Positions 62,438 through 64,000 of a stretch of DNA of 64,000 nt are shown in pieces. Below the pieces are notes generated by a model. It saw nothing but the letters and a program-made list of their open reading frames with translations, was not told the DNA's origin and did not search any database. Position numbers and translations under genes: made by a program. This DNA is from Macrostomum hystrix (Eukaryota > Animalia > Platyhelminthes): the NCBI GenBank assembly GCA_950097015.1, contig CATNEN010000001.1, positions 13,330,001 through 13,394,000 of the forward strand, given 5' to 3'. The first letter of the stretch is position 1, and each line of letters starts with the position of its first letter.

Positions 62438-63588
62438 GGTCAGACTCCTCAGGTAGTAGGGTCAGACTCCTCAGGTAGTAGGGTCAGACTCCTCAGGTTG
62501 TAGGGTCAGACTCCTCAGGTAGAAGGGTCAGACTCCTCAGGTTGTAGGGTCAGACTCCTCAGGTAGAAGGGTCAGACTCCTCAGGTAGTAGGGTCAGACT
62601 CCTCAGGTTGTAGGGTCAGACTCCTCAGGTAGTAGGGTCAGACTCCTCAGGTAGAAGGGTCAGACTTCTCAGGTAGTAGGGTCAGACTCCTCAGGTAGAA
62701 GGGTCAGACTCCTCAGGCAGTAGGGTCAGACTCCTCAGGTAGTAGGGTCAGACTCCTCAGGTAGTAGGGTCAGACTCCTCAGGTTGTAGGGTCAGACTCC
62801 TCAGGTAGTAGGGTCAGACTCCTCAGATAGAAGGGTCAGACTCCTCAGGTAGTAGGGTCAGACTCCTCAGGTTGTAGGGTCAGACTCCTCAGGTAGAAGG
62901 GTCAGACTCCTCAGGTAGAAGGGTCAGACTCCTCAGGTAGAAGGGTCAGACTCCTCAGGTTGTAGGGTCAGACTCCTCAGGTAGAAGGGTCAGACTCCTC
63001 AGGTTGTAGGGTCAGACTCCTCAGGTAGAAGGGTCAGACTCCTCAGGTAGTAGGGTCAGACTCCTCAGGTTGTAGGGTCAGACTCCTCAGGTAGTAGGGT
63101 CAGACTCCTCAGGTAGAAGGGTCAGACTTCTCAGGTAGTAGGGTCAGACTCCTCAGGTTGTAGGGTCAGACTCCTCAGGTAGAAGGGTCAGACTCCTCAG
63201 GTTGTAGGGTCAGACTCCTCAGGTAGAAGGGTCAGACTCCTCAGGTAGTAGGGTCAGACTCCTCAGGTAGTAGGGTCAGACTCCTCAGGTAGTAGGGTCA
63301 GACTCCTCAGGTAGAAGGGTCAGACTCCTCAGGTAGTAGGGTCAGACTCCTCAGGTAGAAGGGTCAGACTCCTCAGGTAGAAAGGTCAGACTCCTCAGGT
63401 TGTAGGGTCAGACTCCTCAGGTAGAAGGGTCAGACTCCTCAGGTAGAAGGGTCAGACTCCTCAGGTAGAAGGGTCAGACTCCTCAGGTAGAAGGGTCAGA
63501 CTCCTCAGGTAGTAGGGTCAGACTCCTCAGGTAGTAGGGTCAGACTCCTCAGGTAGTAGGGTCAGACTCCTCAGGTAGTAGGGTCAGA
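62438..63588. repeat. 22-bp minisatellite, ~52 copies
   Basis: Unit GGGTCAGACTCCTCAGGTWGWA. Confidence 0.96.
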
Positions 63589-64000
63589 ATAAGGCCTTCT
63601 CAGGGTCCTCCTGCCGTTCATTAGCCTTTGTGTCGGGCAATTCCTAGAGTCAGGCGCCATGACCAAGATGACTGATTTTATTGAAATGCAGCTCTTGCTT
63701 GATGCGCGTATAAAAAGCGGAAATAGTTTGCTTTTTAAAGGTTCTAAATGAATTCAGTTTAATTTATTGTTTGCTCTTGACTGAAGAGTGGAAAATTTTG
63801 GCTTCAGACTTTAATTACGCCAGGCTTGGTCAGACACTGCCCTCTGCAGATTTATTACTAACAGAGGGACAAACATTTCTGCATAAAAGGAAGGTGCACT
63901 AATCAGATGGCGCACGAATTCGTCGCAAATCACAGATAGATCGGCAGATGCGTCATGCAGCTGCGCAGTTCACAGCAAACTGCTAGCAGCGCAGCCAGTT

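Noticed and set aside
1-63588. CRISPR arrays among the 21-37 bp repeats
   Set aside because: Units are contiguous with no unique spacers, there are no cas genes, and the context is eukaryotic.

Overview
Animal (spliceosomal-intron) genomic DNA, not prokaryotic. Inference from style only (GC-rich exons with CAG runs, minisatellite-packed introns): a flatworm such as Macrostomum. Layout: (1) 1-6803, a head-to-tail array of ~2.5 kb non-autonomous Helitron-like units carrying internal minisatellites; (2) 10059-37581 (+), an 18-exon KIF21-type kinesin (motor, coiled coil, WD40), with all splice phases closing to 1764 aa; (3) a complete 3-exon urocanate hydratase (UROC1) gene nested on the SAME strand inside KIF21 intron 9; (4) on the minus strand, a 6-exon centrobin-like gene (53450-44466) followed closely by a partial multi-pass membrane protein gene (43210-39482); (5) 54.9-60.1 kb, three decayed RT/RNase H non-LTR retrotransposons separated by CAG/CAT microsatellites, one interrupted by a solo LTR. 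Almost every large intron holds its own minisatellite, and several repeat units are made of splice signals. The clearest case is a complete 3' splice site repeated ~31 times, where only the last copy fits the reading frame. Gene identities come from my recall of family motifs, not from a database search. Repeat boundaries are approximate (about +/-10 bp).
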